The notes under the pieces were generated by a model, which searched no databases, had not been told where the DNA came from, and worked only from the letters and a program-made list of their open reading frames with translations. The translations under genes were made by a program, and so were the position numbers. Below, one piece after another: positions 22,209 through 33,040 of a stretch of 64,000 nucleotides of DNA (its first letter is position 1; each line of letters opens with the position of its first letter). Source of the stretch: Pseudomonas aeruginosa PAO1 (GTDB taxonomy: Bacteria; Pseudomonadota; Gammaproteobacteria; Pseudomonadales; Pseudomonadaceae); assembly GCF_000006765.1 (NCBI RefSeq), contig NC_002516.2. The stretch is one strand, 5' to 3'.

Positions 22209-22976
22209 TCAGACTCCGCTGAACCAGTTGTAGCCCTGGTCCTCCCAGTAACCTCCGGGATTGCTGTTGCTGACGAAGATCTCCACCACGTGCTTGGCGT
22301 TCTTGAAGCCGAGCTTGGTGGGAATCCGCAGGCGCAGCGGATAGCCGTTCTCCTCCGGCAGCGCCTGCCCGGACATCTCCAGCGCCAGCAGCGTCTGCGG
22401 ATGCAGCGCGCTGGGCATGTCGAGGCTGGAGTAGTAGCGGTCGGCGCACTTGAAGCCAACGTACTTCGCCGAGGTGTCGGCGCCGACCAGCTCCAGAAAG
22501 GTGCGCAGCGGCACTCCGCTCCACTGGCCGATCGCGCTCCAGCCCTCGATGCAGATCAGTTGCGTGACCTGGCTGGCCTGCGGCAGCCGGCGCAGTTGCT
22601 CCAGGCTCCAGGGGCGCTTGTCGCGGACCCGCCCGGAAACCTGCAGGCGGTATTCCGGCAGGTCGATCTCCGGCACGTTGTAGGCCGGGTAGAACGCGTT
22701 GAAGGGGAACGGCGAGGCCACCTGCGACGGATCGAAGGTCGGCGCCAGCCGCGTACGGCTGAACAGCCAGGCCTGGACCCGGTCGTTCCAGCGCGACATG
22801 GCCCAGAGTACCTTGTCGACCGAATCGCCATCCTGTAGCCGGCACCCCGAGAGCATCGCCAGGGCGCCCAGGGACAGGCCGCCGCGCAACAGCAGGCGGC
22901 GTTGCAAATCGACCATCTGCCGCTCGCTGGACGGGTCGATCGCGATCTTCGCGCGCTTCTTCTCCGGCCCCTTCAT
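22209..22976 (-). CDS. MsrP/YedY-like molybdopterin oxidoreductase (sulfite oxidase family)
   Basis: Tat-like QRRLLLRGGLSLG. Mo-ligand Cys in LICIEGWS. NGYPLRLRIPTKLGFKNAK motif. Confidence 0.88.
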   Translation of the reverse strand: MKGPEKKRAKIAIDPSSERQMVDLQRRLLLRGGLSLGALAMLSGCRLQDGDSVDKVLWAMSRWNDRVQAWLFSRTRLAPTFDPSQVASPFPFNAFYPAYNVPEIDLPEYRLQVSGRVRDKRPWSLEQLRRLPQASQVTQLICIEGWSAIGQWSGVPLRTFLELVGADTSAKYVGFKCADRYYSSLDMPSALHPQTLLALEMSGQALPEENGYPLRLRIPTKLGFKNAKHVVEIFVSNSNPGGYWEDQGYNWFSGV

Positions 22977-23587
22977 CCTTCGCTCCTCCGTCCGCGCCGC
23001 CACTCGCGTCCGATGAGCATCGGCAGCAGGGTGCGCGGCACCAACAGCACCAGCAGCAGGTGCACGACGACGAACCCGACGACCCCGGCCATGGCCAGGA
23101 AATGCACCCAGCGCGCCCCCTGGAAGCCACCGAACAGCGCGGTCAGCCCGTGCAGTTGCACCGGTTTCCAGATCGCCAGCCCGGACAGCACCAGCAGCGC
23201 ACCGAGCGCCAGGACCAGCCAGTACAGCAGGCGCTGCACCGCGTTGTAGCGGCCCGGCTCATGGACCAGGCGCAGGCCGAGGGCGAGGCGCAGGTCGCGC
23301 CAGACGCCGGCCGCGCTCAAAGGCAGGAAGTCGCGACGAAAATGCCCGCTGGACAGCCCGTAGGCGAGGTAGCACAGGCCGTTGCCGAGCAGCAGCCACA
23401 TGGCGGCGAGATGCCAGGCGATGGAACCGCCGAGCCAGCCGCCGAGGGTCGCCCAGGCGGGAAAACGGAAATCCAGCAGCGGCGAAGCGTTGTAGATGCC
23501 CCAGCCGCTGCCGATCAGGCAGGCCATGGCATAGGCATTGAGCCAGTGGCAGAGTCTCACCGGCCAGGCGTGCAACGCACGGTTCAT
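22973..23587 (-). CDS. cytochrome b (Ni-hydrogenase/thiosulfate reductase b-type) membrane subunit
   Basis: RLCHWLNA, WHLAAMW, RYNAVQR and RWVHFLAM heme-His motifs. ATGA overlap with the downstream gene. Confidence 0.88.
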   Translation of the reverse strand: MNRALHAWPVRLCHWLNAYAMACLIGSGWGIYNASPLLDFRFPAWATLGGWLGGSIAWHLAAMWLLLGNGLCYLAYGLSSGHFRRDFLPLSAAGVWRDLRLALGLRLVHEPGRYNAVQRLLYWLVLALGALLVLSGLAIWKPVQLHGLTALFGGFQGARWVHFLAMAGVVGFVVVHLLLVLLVPRTLLPMLIGREWRRGRRSEG

Positions 23588-23640
23588 GGCTTTTCTCCCA
23601 GGAAACCCGGCCGGGACGGACGCGCCGTCCCGGCGAAACC

Positions 23641-24264
23641 TCACATCGGCGGGGTCACGCCGTCCTTGCCGACCGAGATGGCCAGGGCGGTGAGGCTGCC
23701 GTCGGCGCCCTTCTGCGGGAACAGCACGACCTTGGCGCCAGGCTTGAGCAGGCTGCGCTCGCCCGGCTCCAGGCTGACGATGGGCACGTCGTCCGGCACC
23801 ACCACGGTCTTCTCGCCATCGCCGTATTTCACGGTCATGCGTCGGCCCTGGCTGACCACCAGGTTGCCGACCGTACCGTTGGTCATGGTCGAGGCGCTGC
23901 CATCGGCGTTCTCCCAGGGCCGGTGGCCTTCGCCGCTGCCGCGCAGGCTGGGGGCGAAGACATGCACCTCGAGGGCCTTCAGGGTGCCGTCGGGCTGCGG
24001 CACGGCGGCAGTGCCGATGAAGCTGTCGGGCTGGATGTCCTCCGGCTTCGCCAGCGACACGGCGCGGATCGCGGTCTTGTCGGTGAGCCTGACCGTCAGT
24101 TGCTGGCCGTTGCGGGCCTTCAGTTGCAGGTGGTCGTCGGCGGCCTGCTGGATGGTGCCGCGCAGCGGCTGCAGCATGCCCGCAGGCGGTTGCGCGGCGA
24201 AGCTGGCGGCACTGGCCAGGAGCAGGCCGAAGAGCAGCGCGGGGGAAGCCTTGAGTCGAAGCAT
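23641..24264 (-). CDS. exported hypothetical protein
   Basis: 207 aa from MLRLKASP. Signal peptide ending ASFA. Two beta-rich halves. Confidence 0.8.
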   Translation of the reverse strand: MLRLKASPALLFGLLLASAASFAAQPPAGMLQPLRGTIQQAADDHLQLKARNGQQLTVRLTDKTAIRAVSLAKPEDIQPDSFIGTAAVPQPDGTLKALEVHVFAPSLRGSGEGHRPWENADGSASTMTNGTVGNLVVSQGRRMTVKYGDGEKTVVVPDDVPIVSLEPGERSLLKPGAKVVLFPQKGADGSLTALAISVGKDGVTPPM

Positions 24265-24332
24265 CGGTCGATCCTCGGTGGGGTTGAGCCTCGATGGTCG
24301 CCCCGCCGGCGGTACCCGGAGATGACTTTCGC

Positions 24333-24348
24333 ATGACAAAAATGTCAC
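24333..24348. promoter_or_regulatory. CopR/CusR-type response-regulator box
   Basis: ATGACA-AAAA-TGTCAC inverted repeat in the 137-bp divergent intergenic region. Confidence 0.7.
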
Positions 24349-24401
24349 CGAATCCGCGCCGCGCGCTGGCTAGAATGGCGGCGAACGAGGGGGAACGAGA
24401 C

Positions 24402-25091
24402 ATGCGCATCCTGGTGATCGAAGACGATACGAAGACCGGCGAGTACCTGAAGAAGGGCCTCGGCGAGTCGGGCTATGCGGTCGACTGGTCGCAGCACGGC
24501 GCCGACGGTCTCTACCTGGCGCTGGAGAACCGCTACGACCTGGTGGTCCTCGACGTGATGCTGCCCGGCCTGGACGGTTGGCAGATCATGGAAGTGCTGC
24601 GCAAGAAGCACGATGTGCCGGTGCTCTTCCTCACCGCCCGCGACCAGCTGCAAGACCGTATCCGCGGCCTCGAACTGGGTGCCGACGACTACCTGGTGAA
24701 ACCCTTCTCCTTCACCGAGTTGCTGCTGCGTATCCGTACCCTGCTGCGCCGCGGCGTGGTCCGCGAGGCAGAGCAGGTGCAACTGGCCGATCTGCAGCTG
24801 GACGTGCTGCGGCGCAAGGTCAGCCGCCAGGGGCAGGTGATCGCCCTGACCAACAAGGAGTTCGCCCTCCTGCACCTGCTGATGCGCCGCGAGGGCGAGG
24901 TGCTGTCGCGCACCCTGATCGCCTCGGAGGTCTGGGACATGAACTTCGACAGCGACACCAACGTCGTCGACGTGGCGATCAAGCGCCTGCGCGCCAAGGT
25001 CGACAATCCCTTCCCGAACAAGCTGATCCATACCGTGCGCGGCATCGGTTACGTCTGCGAGGAGCGCCCGTGCCCGCCCGCCGCTCCCTGA
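24402..25091 (+). CDS. irlR: heavy-metal-type OmpR-family response regulator
   Basis: MRILVIEDD receiver, [17 protein letters not shown] and [21 protein letters not shown] (CusR/CopR/IrlR subfamily). Confidence 0.9.
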   Translation: MRILVIEDDTKTGEYLKKGLGESGYAVDWSQHGADGLYLALENRYDLVVLDVMLPGLDGWQIMEVLRKKHDVPVLFLTARDQLQDRIRGLELGADDYLVKPFSFTELLLRIRTLLRRGVVREAEQVQLADLQLDVLRRKVSRQGQVIALTNKEFALLHLLMRREGEVLSRTLIASEVWDMNFDSDTNVVDVAIKRLRAKVDNPFPNKLIHTVRGIGYVCEERPCPPAAP

Positions 25092-26461
25092 CCCTCTACG
25101 CGGCGCTGCTGTTCGCCGCGGTGGCGGCGCTGGTGGTCAGCGCGGTCGGCTTCTACCTGTACCGCTCGGTGGAAGAGGCGATGCTGCGGCGCAGCGACGT
25201 GATGGTCGCCGGCCGGGTCGAGCACTTCCGCAACCTGCTGCGCGACAACCTCACCCTGGCCGAGCTGAAGGCGCGCCCGCGTCTGTTCGAGAACATGCTC
25301 GGCAACGAGCAGGACATCCTGCTCCTCGGTCAGCCCGGCGAGGCGCCGATCGTCGCGGTCAACCCGCGCCACGAACGCCTGCCGTCGCTACGGGTGGTCG
25401 CCGCCGGCCAGGCGTTGAATCCGTCCGTCGTGCACGCCGCGCTGACCCACGACGGCATCCCGATGCGCGTGCTCGCCGCCGAGGTCCTGGTCGGCGGCCG
25501 CGAGCCGTTGCAGATCACCGCCGCGCACCTGCTGCTGGGCGAGACGCGGATGCTCGCCCAGTACCGCGACCGGGTCATCGCCGCCGTGCTGCTGGCGTTC
25601 CTCGGCACCGCCCTGCTCGGCTGGCTGGTCCTGCGCCACGGCCTGCGCCCGCTGCGCACGCTGGCGGCGAAGGCGGCGGAGATCCATCCGACCAGCCTGG
25701 ATACCCGCCTCGACGTCGCCGCCGCGCCTGCCGAGTTGCAGCAGGTGGCACAGTCGTTCAACGCCATGCTCGAACGCCTCGACGACGGCTACCAGCGCCT
25801 GCAGCAGTTCTCCGCCGACCTCGCCCATGAGATCCGCACGCCCATCGGTTCGCTGATGGGCCACGGCCAGGTGGCCCTGCGCCAGCCGCGCAGCAACGAG
25901 GAGTACCAGGCGCTGATCGCCTCCAACCAGGAAGAGCTGGAGCGCATCGCGCGGATGGTCGAGAGCATCCTGTTCCTCGCTCGCGCCGACGACGTACGGG
26001 CAGCGGTGGAGCGCAGCCGCCTGGACCTGGGCGAAGAGCTGCGGCGCCAGGCGGAGTATTTCGAAGGGCTGGCCGAGGAACGAGGGCTGAGCCTCGACGT
26101 CCAGGTCAGCGGCCAGCTACGCGCCGATCCGCAACTGTTCCGCCGGGCGCTGAGCAACCTGCTGGCCAACGCCATCCGCTACGCCAGCGCCGACAGCCTG
26201 ATCGAAGTGCGCGGCCTGCGCCGATCGGGGGAATTCCTGCTGAGCGTGGAGAACGCCTGCGACAGGCTGCCGGCCGAACCGCTGTCGCGCCTGTTCGACC
26301 GTTTCTACCGTGGCGACGCCGCGCGCAGCGACGCCCAGTCCAGCGGTCTCGGCCTGGCCATCGTCCAGGCGATCATGCGCCTGCACGGCGGCCGCGCCGA
26401 AGCGAGTGCACCGGCTCCGGGACGCATCCGCTTCGACCTGGCGTTCCCGGCTCAGGACTGA
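25070..26461 (+). CDS. heavy-metal-type sensor histidine kinase
   Basis: GTG start overlaps the regulator. Two TMs, HAMP domain, H-box [10 protein letters not shown], and GLGLAIV. Confidence 0.92.
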   Translation: MPARRSLTLYAALLFAAVAALVVSAVGFYLYRSVEEAMLRRSDVMVAGRVEHFRNLLRDNLTLAELKARPRLFENMLGNEQDILLLGQPGEAPIVAVNPRHERLPSLRVVAAGQALNPSVVHAALTHDGIPMRVLAAEVLVGGREPLQITAAHLLLGETRMLAQYRDRVIAAVLLAFLGTALLGWLVLRHGLRPLRTLAAKAAEIHPTSLDTRLDVAAAPAELQQVAQSFNAMLERLDDGYQRLQQFSADLAHEIRTPIGSLMGHGQVALRQPRSNEEYQALIASNQEELERIARMVESILFLARADDVRAAVERSRLDLGEELRRQAEYFEGLAEERGLSLDVQVSGQLRADPQLFRRALSNLLANAIRYASADSLIEVRGLRRSGEFLLSVENACDRLPAEPLSRLFDRFYRGDAARSDAQSSGLGLAIVQAIMRLHGGRAEASAPAPGRIRFDLAFPAQD

Positions 26462-27768
26462 GCAGGTTTCTCGCCGGCGTCCGGCTCGCCGTCGGAGCGG
26501 CCGATATTCGCCGGCGCCTCCACCACCAGCTCCTCCGGCACTTCCTCGACGCGCGGGTCGAGGGTGGCGGCCATCGGGCTGACCGTGTCCGGCATCGCCA
26601 CGTGTTGCAGCGGCGCCTCGTCGACCCGGTGTTCGCCGGTGACGCGCTTGGGCTGCACCCAGAACACCAGCAGCACCGCGTAGCCGGACACCAGCATGTA
26701 GAACAGTCCCGGACCGAAGTGGCGCATCAGCGCGCCGGCCACCAGCGGACCGATACAGGCGCCGACCCCGTAGGTGGTCAGGAGCATCGCCGACAACGCG
26801 ACCCGACGCGGCTGCTCGACGTGGTCGTTGGCCAGCGCCACCGCCAGCGGATAGAGGGTGAACAGCAGCATGCCGGTAACGAACCCGTTGGCCAGCAGCA
26901 ACCAGTACGGCAGCGTCACCAGCCCCCACATCGGGATCGAGGCCAGGCACAGCAGCACCGCATTGCCGCGGATCAGCCAACTGCGGTCGAGGCGGTCGGA
27001 CAGCCAACCCAGCGGCCACTGCGCACAGAAGCCGGCGACGATGCACATGCCGACGAAGAAACTCGATTGCGAGGCATCCAGGCCGTTGCGGTTGGCGTAG
27101 ACCGGCGCCAGGCCGTAGAAGGCGCCGACCATCAGGCCGGCGATGAAGATGGTGCCCAGCGCCTGCGGCACGCGCTGCCAGAAGAAACGCACTTCCAGCG
27201 GCGCGGCGACCAGCTTGGCCGGGTGCACGCGCCGGGTCATGGCCAGCGGGATCAGGCACGAGGCGAAGCAGATGGCGACCAGCAGCAGCGGCTTGTAGTC
27301 GAGGGTCGGGCTCAGCGCCAGCAGGCCCTGGCCGAGCACCAGGCCAAGATCGACGGCGACCATGTAGCCGGCGAACACCTTGCCGCGCTGGTGGCTCTCG
27401 GCCTGCTCGTTGAGCCAGCTCTCGATCACCATGTACTGGTTCATCATCACCGCGCCGGTGATGAAGCGCAGCAGCAGCCAGACTTCCAGCTGATCGACCA
27501 GGGCATGCAGCAGCACGGTCACGGTGGCAATCCCGGCGCAAGCCACGTAGGAGCGGATATGGCCGAAGCTGGCGATCAGCTTGTGTCCGAATTTTCCACC
27601 GCAGACCAGGCCGAAATAGTAGGACGCCATCAGCCCGCCGACCCACAGGTCGCCTGCGCCTTCCTGGGTCAGGCGCAGGCCGATGTAGGTGGTGAACAGG
27701 CCGGAGCCGGCCAGCATGAGCAGGGTGGCGGTGTAGAGCGCGGGAAAGGTGACGAGCGGGCTGAACAT
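26452..27768 (-). CDS. MFS transporter (YcaD-like)
   Basis: 438 aa, about 12 TMs. IESWLNE and GWLSDRLDR motifs. Confidence 0.88.
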   Translation of the reverse strand: MFSPLVTFPALYTATLLMLAGSGLFTTYIGLRLTQEGAGDLWVGGLMASYYFGLVCGGKFGHKLIASFGHIRSYVACAGIATVTVLLHALVDQLEVWLLLRFITGAVMMNQYMVIESWLNEQAESHQRGKVFAGYMVAVDLGLVLGQGLLALSPTLDYKPLLLVAICFASCLIPLAMTRRVHPAKLVAAPLEVRFFWQRVPQALGTIFIAGLMVGAFYGLAPVYANRNGLDASQSSFFVGMCIVAGFCAQWPLGWLSDRLDRSWLIRGNAVLLCLASIPMWGLVTLPYWLLLANGFVTGMLLFTLYPLAVALANDHVEQPRRVALSAMLLTTYGVGACIGPLVAGALMRHFGPGLFYMLVSGYAVLLVFWVQPKRVTGEHRVDEAPLQHVAMPDTVSPMAATLDPRVEEVPEELVVEAPANIGRSDGEPDAGEKPAQS

Positions 27769-27987
27769 GACGGTTCCTGGACGGACGGGCCCCACGGCCG
27801 GCATCCGCCGAGCATTGTTAGATTCGGGAAGGATCGACGCTGCTGGCCGATCGCGGGCGCAGGCCGTCCTGCGTTCGGCGAGACTCCGACGCCACGCGGC
27901 GGCCGGAAGCCACGTCGCGGTGCACAGGGCGGCATTATCCCCGCTCCGGAGCGGCCCCGCCACGGGCGCCGCGAGCGTTCCGTCGGC

Positions 27988-29100
27988 TCAGCCGCGCCCC
28001 GCCGGGAGGGGCTCGCGCGGCGGCAGCCGATATACCCAGATGCGCCGCAAGACAGTGAGGAATTGCCGTCCCAGGCGTCCGCTGTTGTAGGTCTGCCCGT
28101 AGCGCCGGGCGATTTCGCGGACCTCGCGGGACAACGCGGCGTAGCGACGCGCCGGCAGGTCCGGGTAGAGGTGGTGCTCGATCTGGTGGCTGAGGTTGCC
28201 GGTCAGGATGTGGAACAGCGGCCCGCCCTCCAGGTTGCTGGAGCCGCGCAACTGGCGCAGGTACCAGTGGCCACGGGTCTCTCCCTCCAGCACCGAGGGC
28301 GGGAAGACCACCGCCTTCTCGGTGAAGTGGCCGCAGAAGATCACCGTGAAGGTCCACAGGTTGCGCAGCACGTTGGCCAGCAGGTTACCGACGAACACCG
28401 CGCCGAAGCCGCCGGCGAACAGGCCGAGAAGCGGGAACAGCAGGTAGTCCTTGGTCCACTGGCGACCCAGCTTGGCACGCAGGCGGCGTAGCAGCGGCAT
28501 GAGTTCGGCCTTGTCCAGGCGCCCCTTGGCGTACTTGTCCAGGCGCAGATGCTGGATCGCCACCGCGTACTGGAACAGCAGCGCCTGCAGCGTCACCCAC
28601 AGCGGTTGCCAGCGGTAGAACGGCTTCCAGCGCTGCTCCGGGAACAGGCGCACGACCCCATAGCCGACGTCGTCGTCCTTGCCCAGCACGTTGGTGTAGG
28701 TGTGGTGGATATGGTTGTGGGTGTGCCGCCAGAAGTCGGACGGCCCGGCGATGTCCCACTCGTAGGCGCGGCCGGCGAATTCCGGATCGTTCATCCAGTC
28801 GTACTGGCCGTGCATGACGTTGTGGCCCAGCTCCATGTTCTCGAGGATCTTGCCCAGGCCGAGAAGCAGGCTGCCGAGCAGCCAGGTCGGCGGCAGCCAG
28901 CCGAACATCAGCAGCGCCCTGCCGCTCCAGCAGCAGACGCGCACCGCCGCGCGGACCCGGCGGATGTAGCGCGCGTCGTCCGCGCCGAGATCGGCCAGGG
29001 TACGCAGGCGCAGGGCATCGAGTTCGGCGCCGAAGGCCGCCAGTTGTTCCGGGGTCAGTTCGCGGTCGTCGCGCATCGCAGGGCTCGCAGGTCGGTTCAC
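27988..29100 (-). CDS. desB: acyl-CoA delta-9 desaturase
   Basis: His boxes HNVMH, HTHNHIHH and QIEHH. The GTG start overlaps the upstream stop; ATG at 29076 is an alternative start. Confidence 0.93.
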   Translation of the reverse strand: MNRPASPAMRDDRELTPEQLAAFGAELDALRLRTLADLGADDARYIRRVRAAVRVCCWSGRALLMFGWLPPTWLLGSLLLGLGKILENMELGHNVMHGQYDWMNDPEFAGRAYEWDIAGPSDFWRHTHNHIHHTYTNVLGKDDDVGYGVVRLFPEQRWKPFYRWQPLWVTLQALLFQYAVAIQHLRLDKYAKGRLDKAELMPLLRRLRAKLGRQWTKDYLLFPLLGLFAGGFGAVFVGNLLANVLRNLWTFTVIFCGHFTEKAVVFPPSVLEGETRGHWYLRQLRGSSNLEGGPLFHILTGNLSHQIEHHLYPDLPARRYAALSREVREIARRYGQTYNSGRLGRQFLTVLRRIWVYRLPPREPLPAGRG

Positions 29101-30197
29101 AGGTCCAGCGCCAGGTCGCCGTGGGCGGCGCTGACGCAGAGGCGGATAGGCTGGCCGGGCTCGCTGCACAGCGCGCCGCTGCGCAGGTCGCGCACGCAGC
29201 CGCTGAGCAGGACGCAGGTGCAACTGGCGCAGATGCCCTGGCGGCAACCGTGGGCCGGGCGCAGGCCGTGGGCCTCGGCCTGTTCCAGCAGGCTGGCGGC
29301 GCTGTCGCCGGAGACTTCCCGCTGCGACCGGGCGAAGCGCAGGCGCACTTCGCGCGGCGCCTCCCCGCTGCGCCAGCGCGGGACGCTGAAGGATTCCGTC
29401 TGCAAGCCGGCGAAGCGTGCCCCCAGTTGCTCGCCCACCGCCTCGACGAAAGCCGCCGGCCCGCAGGCCAGGGCCTGGCTGCGCGCCAGGTCGGCTGCCC
29501 AGCCGTCCAGGTGGCGCGGCTGGAAATGCCCCTCCAGGCAGCCATCGGCCCGCGCCCCGCGGGTCAGGCTCCAGCGCAACTCCAGGTTCGGGTGGCGCGC
29601 CGCCAGCGCCTCCAGCTCGCCGAGCCAGGCGCGCTGGCCGGGATGACGGACGTAGTGCAGCCACAGCACGGGACCGCGATAGCCGTTCTCCAGCGCCTCG
29701 CGGAGCAGGCCGAGCAAGGGCGTCAGGCCGCTGCCGGCGGCCAGCAGGCAGACCGCCTCGGCCTGCATCGGCCAGCGCAGATCGCCTTGCGCGGGTTGCA
29801 ACTCGACACGCTGGCCGACCGCCAGGTGTTCGCACAACCAGGGCGAGAGCAGCCCGTCCGGGTGACGCTTGACGGCGATTTCCAGGCGCTCGCCGACCAC
29901 CCGGGTCAGGCTGTAGCTGCGCCCGACCCGCACCCCGTCGCGCTCCGCCAGCAGCTGGATGTGCTGGCCCGGCCGCACCGGCGGCCAGCCGGGGGCGGTA
30001 CGCAGGGCCAGGGCGAGCATATCGTCGGCCACCCAGTAGCGTGCCTCGACCCGCGCATAGTGGCGGTTCAACGACGCCAGCGGATGGGCGTGGCGCAGCA
30101 GGCCGTCGACATCGGCCTCACGCAGCCAGCCACGGGCGGCGAGACGGCGCAGGGGTGCGAGCAAAGGGGTCAGGAGCGCGAGGGGAAGCAAGGCCAT
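29097..30197 (-). CDS. desC: ferredoxin reductase partner of DesB (FAD/NAD-binding plus 2Fe-2S)
   Basis: RSYSL, AAGSGLTP and CRQGICASC...C motifs. Confidence 0.9.
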   Translation of the reverse strand: MALLPLALLTPLLAPLRRLAARGWLREADVDGLLRHAHPLASLNRHYARVEARYWVADDMLALALRTAPGWPPVRPGQHIQLLAERDGVRVGRSYSLTRVVGERLEIAVKRHPDGLLSPWLCEHLAVGQRVELQPAQGDLRWPMQAEAVCLLAAGSGLTPLLGLLREALENGYRGPVLWLHYVRHPGQRAWLGELEALAARHPNLELRWSLTRGARADGCLEGHFQPRHLDGWAADLARSQALACGPAAFVEAVGEQLGARFAGLQTESFSVPRWRSGEAPREVRLRFARSQREVSGDSAASLLEQAEAHGLRPAHGCRQGICASCTCVLLSGCVRDLRSGALCSEPGQPIRLCVSAAHGDLALDL

Positions 30198-30210
30198 GGA
30201 AAATATTTCA

Positions 30211-30270
30211 GTGAACGATCGTTCACAAAACTTTGCCCGTTCCGCGCAATCGAGTCAACAAGCGTTCACT
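30211..30270. promoter_or_regulatory. two DesT operator palindromes
   Basis: Perfect GTGAACGATCGTTCAC (30211-30226) and AGTCAACAAGCGTTCACT (30253-30270) between divergent desC and desT. Confidence 0.8.
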
Positions 30271-30355
30271 GATGTATCCTTCGACCGCTGCCGTCCCCGG
30301 TTCGACCGGGTCGCAGGGCTTTTGCTACAGTCGCCGGTCCGCCAAAGGAAGCCGT

Positions 30356-30985
30356 ATGTCCTCACCCCGCGCCGAACAGAAACAGCAGACCCGCCACGCG
30401 CTGATGAGCGCCGCGCGCCACCTGATGGAAAGCGGGCGCGGCTTCGGCAGCCTCAGCCTGCGCGAAGTGACGCGCGCCGCCGGCATCGTCCCGGCCGGCT
30501 TCTACCGGCACTTCAGCGACATGGACCAGCTCGGCCTGGCGCTGGTCGCCGAAGTCGACGAGACCTTCCGCGCCACCCTGCGCGCGGTGCGCCGCAACGA
30601 GTTCGAACTGGGCGGGCTGATCGACGCCTCGGTGCGCATCTTCCTCGACGCGGTCGGCGCCAACCGCTCGCAGTTCCTCTTCCTCGCCCGCGAGCAATAC
30701 GGCGGCTCGTTGCCGATCCGCCAGGCCATCGCCAGCCTGCGCCAGCGCATCACCGACGATCTGGCCGCCGACCTGGCGCTGCTGAACAAGATGCCGCACC
30801 TCGACGGCGCGGCCCTCGACGTGTTCGCCGACCTGGTGGTGAAGACCGTCTTCGCCACCCTTCCGGAGCTGATCGACCCACCCGCCGCCGATCTGCCGCC
30901 GCACCTGATGCCGGCCGCGAAGATCACCCACCAGCTGCGTTTCATCATGATCGGCGGCAAGCACTGGCACGGCCTGCCCGGCTGA
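30356..30985 (+). CDS. desT: TetR-family (FabR-like) repressor
   Basis: 209 aa. [24 protein letters not shown]. Divergent from desCB. Confidence 0.93.
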   Translation: MSSPRAEQKQQTRHALMSAARHLMESGRGFGSLSLREVTRAAGIVPAGFYRHFSDMDQLGLALVAEVDETFRATLRAVRRNEFELGGLIDASVRIFLDAVGANRSQFLFLAREQYGGSLPIRQAIASLRQRITDDLAADLALLNKMPHLDGAALDVFADLVVKTVFATLPELIDPPAADLPPHLMPAAKITHQLRFIMIGGKHWHGLPG

Positions 30986-31042
30986 CCCCGCACCTCCCCT
31001 GCGGACCTCCGGCTCGGCGTTCGTCCGCGGACTAGACGCGCG

Positions 31043-31091
31043 CGCACCTTTCCGGTGCGGCAAAAAAGTCGTTGCGCACCAACCTGGCGCG
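31043..31091. promoter_or_regulatory. tandem NtrC-like sites upstream of ureE
   Basis: CGCACC-TTTCC-GGTGCG (31043-31059) and CGCACC-AACCT-GGCGCG (31075-31091). Confidence 0.7.
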
Positions 31092-31153
31092 CTGCAATAT
31101 TTTGTTACATCCCTATGGCCCCGTTTTCCCGGTACAGGCGTCCCGCATCGACC

Positions 31154-31169
31154 TGGCAAGGCCCTTGCT
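31154..31169 (+). promoter_or_regulatory. sigma54 promoter of ureEFGJ
   Basis: TGGCAA-GGCCC-TTGCT with GG-N10-GC spacing. Confidence 0.75.
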
Positions 31170-31214
31170 GGTGCTTGTTGTGATCCCTTTCCTGTCGCAT
31201 TGCGGAAACTGCCC

Positions 31215-31718
31215 ATGCTGGTCATCCACCAACGCCTGCCCGCCCGCTCGCCCCGCTGGGACGAAGAACTCCACCTGACCTACGAGGCGCGCAGCAAGAG
31301 CCGCCTGCGCTGCTTCGCGGCGAGCGGCGAGGAGGTCGGCCTGTTCCTCGAGCGCGGCCAGCCTCCGCTGGCCGACGGCGACTGCCTGGAGGCCCGCGAC
31401 GGTCGACTGGTGCGGGTCGTCGCCCGCTCCGAACGTCTGCTCCACGTCACCTGCGCCAGCCCGCTGGAACTGACCCGAGCCGCCTACCACCTGGGCAACC
31501 GTCACGTCGCCCTGCAGGTCGGCGACGGCTGGCTGCGCCTGCTCGACGACTACGTGCTGAAAGCCATGCTCGAACAGCTCGGCGCCACGGTGGAGGCCAT
31601 CGAGGCGCCGTTCCAGCCGGAGCACGGTGCCTACGGCGGAGGCCACCACCACTCGCACCATGGCGAGGCGGAGTTCAACTACGCGCCGCGCCTGCACCAG
31701 TTCGGCGTGCGCCGGTGA
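31215..31718 (+). CDS. ureE: urease accessory Ni chaperone
   Basis: AYHLGNRH motif and His-rich tail HHHSHH. Confidence 0.95.
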   Translation: MLVIHQRLPARSPRWDEELHLTYEARSKSRLRCFAASGEEVGLFLERGQPPLADGDCLEARDGRLVRVVARSERLLHVTCASPLELTRAAYHLGNRHVALQVGDGWLRLLDDYVLKAMLEQLGATVEAIEAPFQPEHGAYGGGHHHSHHGEAEFNYAPRLHQFGVRR

Positions 31719-32386
31719 ACAGCATCTGGGCGCGCCTGCGCCTGGCCAGCTCGCAGTTGCCGATCGGCGGATACAGCTATTCCCAGGGCCTGGAGGCGGC
31801 CCTCGACAATGGCTGGGTGCGCGACGCCGAGAGCGCGCGGACCTGGCTGGTCGACCAGCTGCAACTGAACCTGGCGCGCTTCGAGGCGCCGCTGCTGGCC
31901 GGCCTGCTGCGCGCCGCGCTGATCGGCGACTGGGCCGCCTGCGATGCGGCCAGCGAACGCCATAGGGCCAGCCGCGAGACCCGCGAGCTGGCCCAGGAGA
32001 GCCGGCAGATGGGCTTTTCCCTGCACCAATTGCTGGAAGCCCTGCCCGAGCTCGACGCTCCCGGCCGCGCCTGGCTGGCGCGCCAGGACCCGCCCAATCT
32101 CGCCGCCGCCTGGGCGATGGCCGCGCGCGCCTGGCGCCTGGACGCCGAGGAGGCGCTGAGTGCCTGGTTCTGGAGCTGGCTGGAAAACCAGTTGGCGGTG
32201 CTGATGAAAACCCTGCCGCTCGGCCAACTGGCCGCGCAGAAACTTGCTTCCAGCCTACTGCCGGAACTCGACCGCGCCTGCGCCGAGGCGCTGCGGCGGC
32301 CCGCCGTCGAGGGCAGCGCCGCGTTCGGTCTGGCGCTGGCCAGCATGACCCACGAAACCCAGTACAGCCGTCTGTTCCGTTCCTAG
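31715..32386 (+). CDS. ureF: urease accessory protein
   Basis: [18 protein letters not shown] and [11 protein letters not shown] motifs. GTG start. Confidence 0.95.
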
Positions 32387-32396
32387 GAGAAACCCC

Positions 32397-33011
32397 ATGA
32401 CATCCCAACCCCTGCGTGTCGGCATCGGCGGTCCGGTGGGCTCCGGCAAGACCGCCCTGACCCTGGCCCTGTGTCGCGAACTGCGCGAGCGCTACAACCT
32501 CGCGGTGGTCACCAACGACATCTATACCCAGGAAGACGCGGAGTTCCTGGTGCGCAACGAGGCCCTCGCCCCCGAGCGGATCATCGGCGTGGAAACCGGC
32601 GGCTGCCCGCACACGGCGATCCGCGAGGACGCCTCGATCAACCTGGAGGCGGTGGACCAGCTCAACCGGCGCTTCCCCGGCCTCGAACTGATCCTGGTGG
32701 AATCCGGCGGCGACAACCTGTCGGCCACCTTCAGCCCCGAGCTGTCCGACCTGACCCTCTACGTGATCGACGTTTCCGCCGGCGACAAGATCCCGCGCAA
32801 GGGCGGCCCCGGCATCTGCAAGTCGGACCTGCTGGTGATCAACAAGATCGACCTGGCGCCGCTGGTCGGCGCCTCCCTCGATGTGATGGACCGGGACGCC
32901 CGGCGCATGCGCGGCGACAAGCCGTTCGTGTTCAGCAACCAGAAGACCGGCCAGGGGCTGGACGAAATCATCGCCTTCATCGAGCGCCAGGGCCTGCTGA
33001 CCGCCGCCTGA
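32397..33011 (+). CDS. ureG: urease accessory GTPase
   Basis: [14 protein letters not shown] and NKID motifs. Confidence 0.97.
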
Positions 33012-33040
33012 CGCCACTTCGCAACGACAAGGAACCGCCA

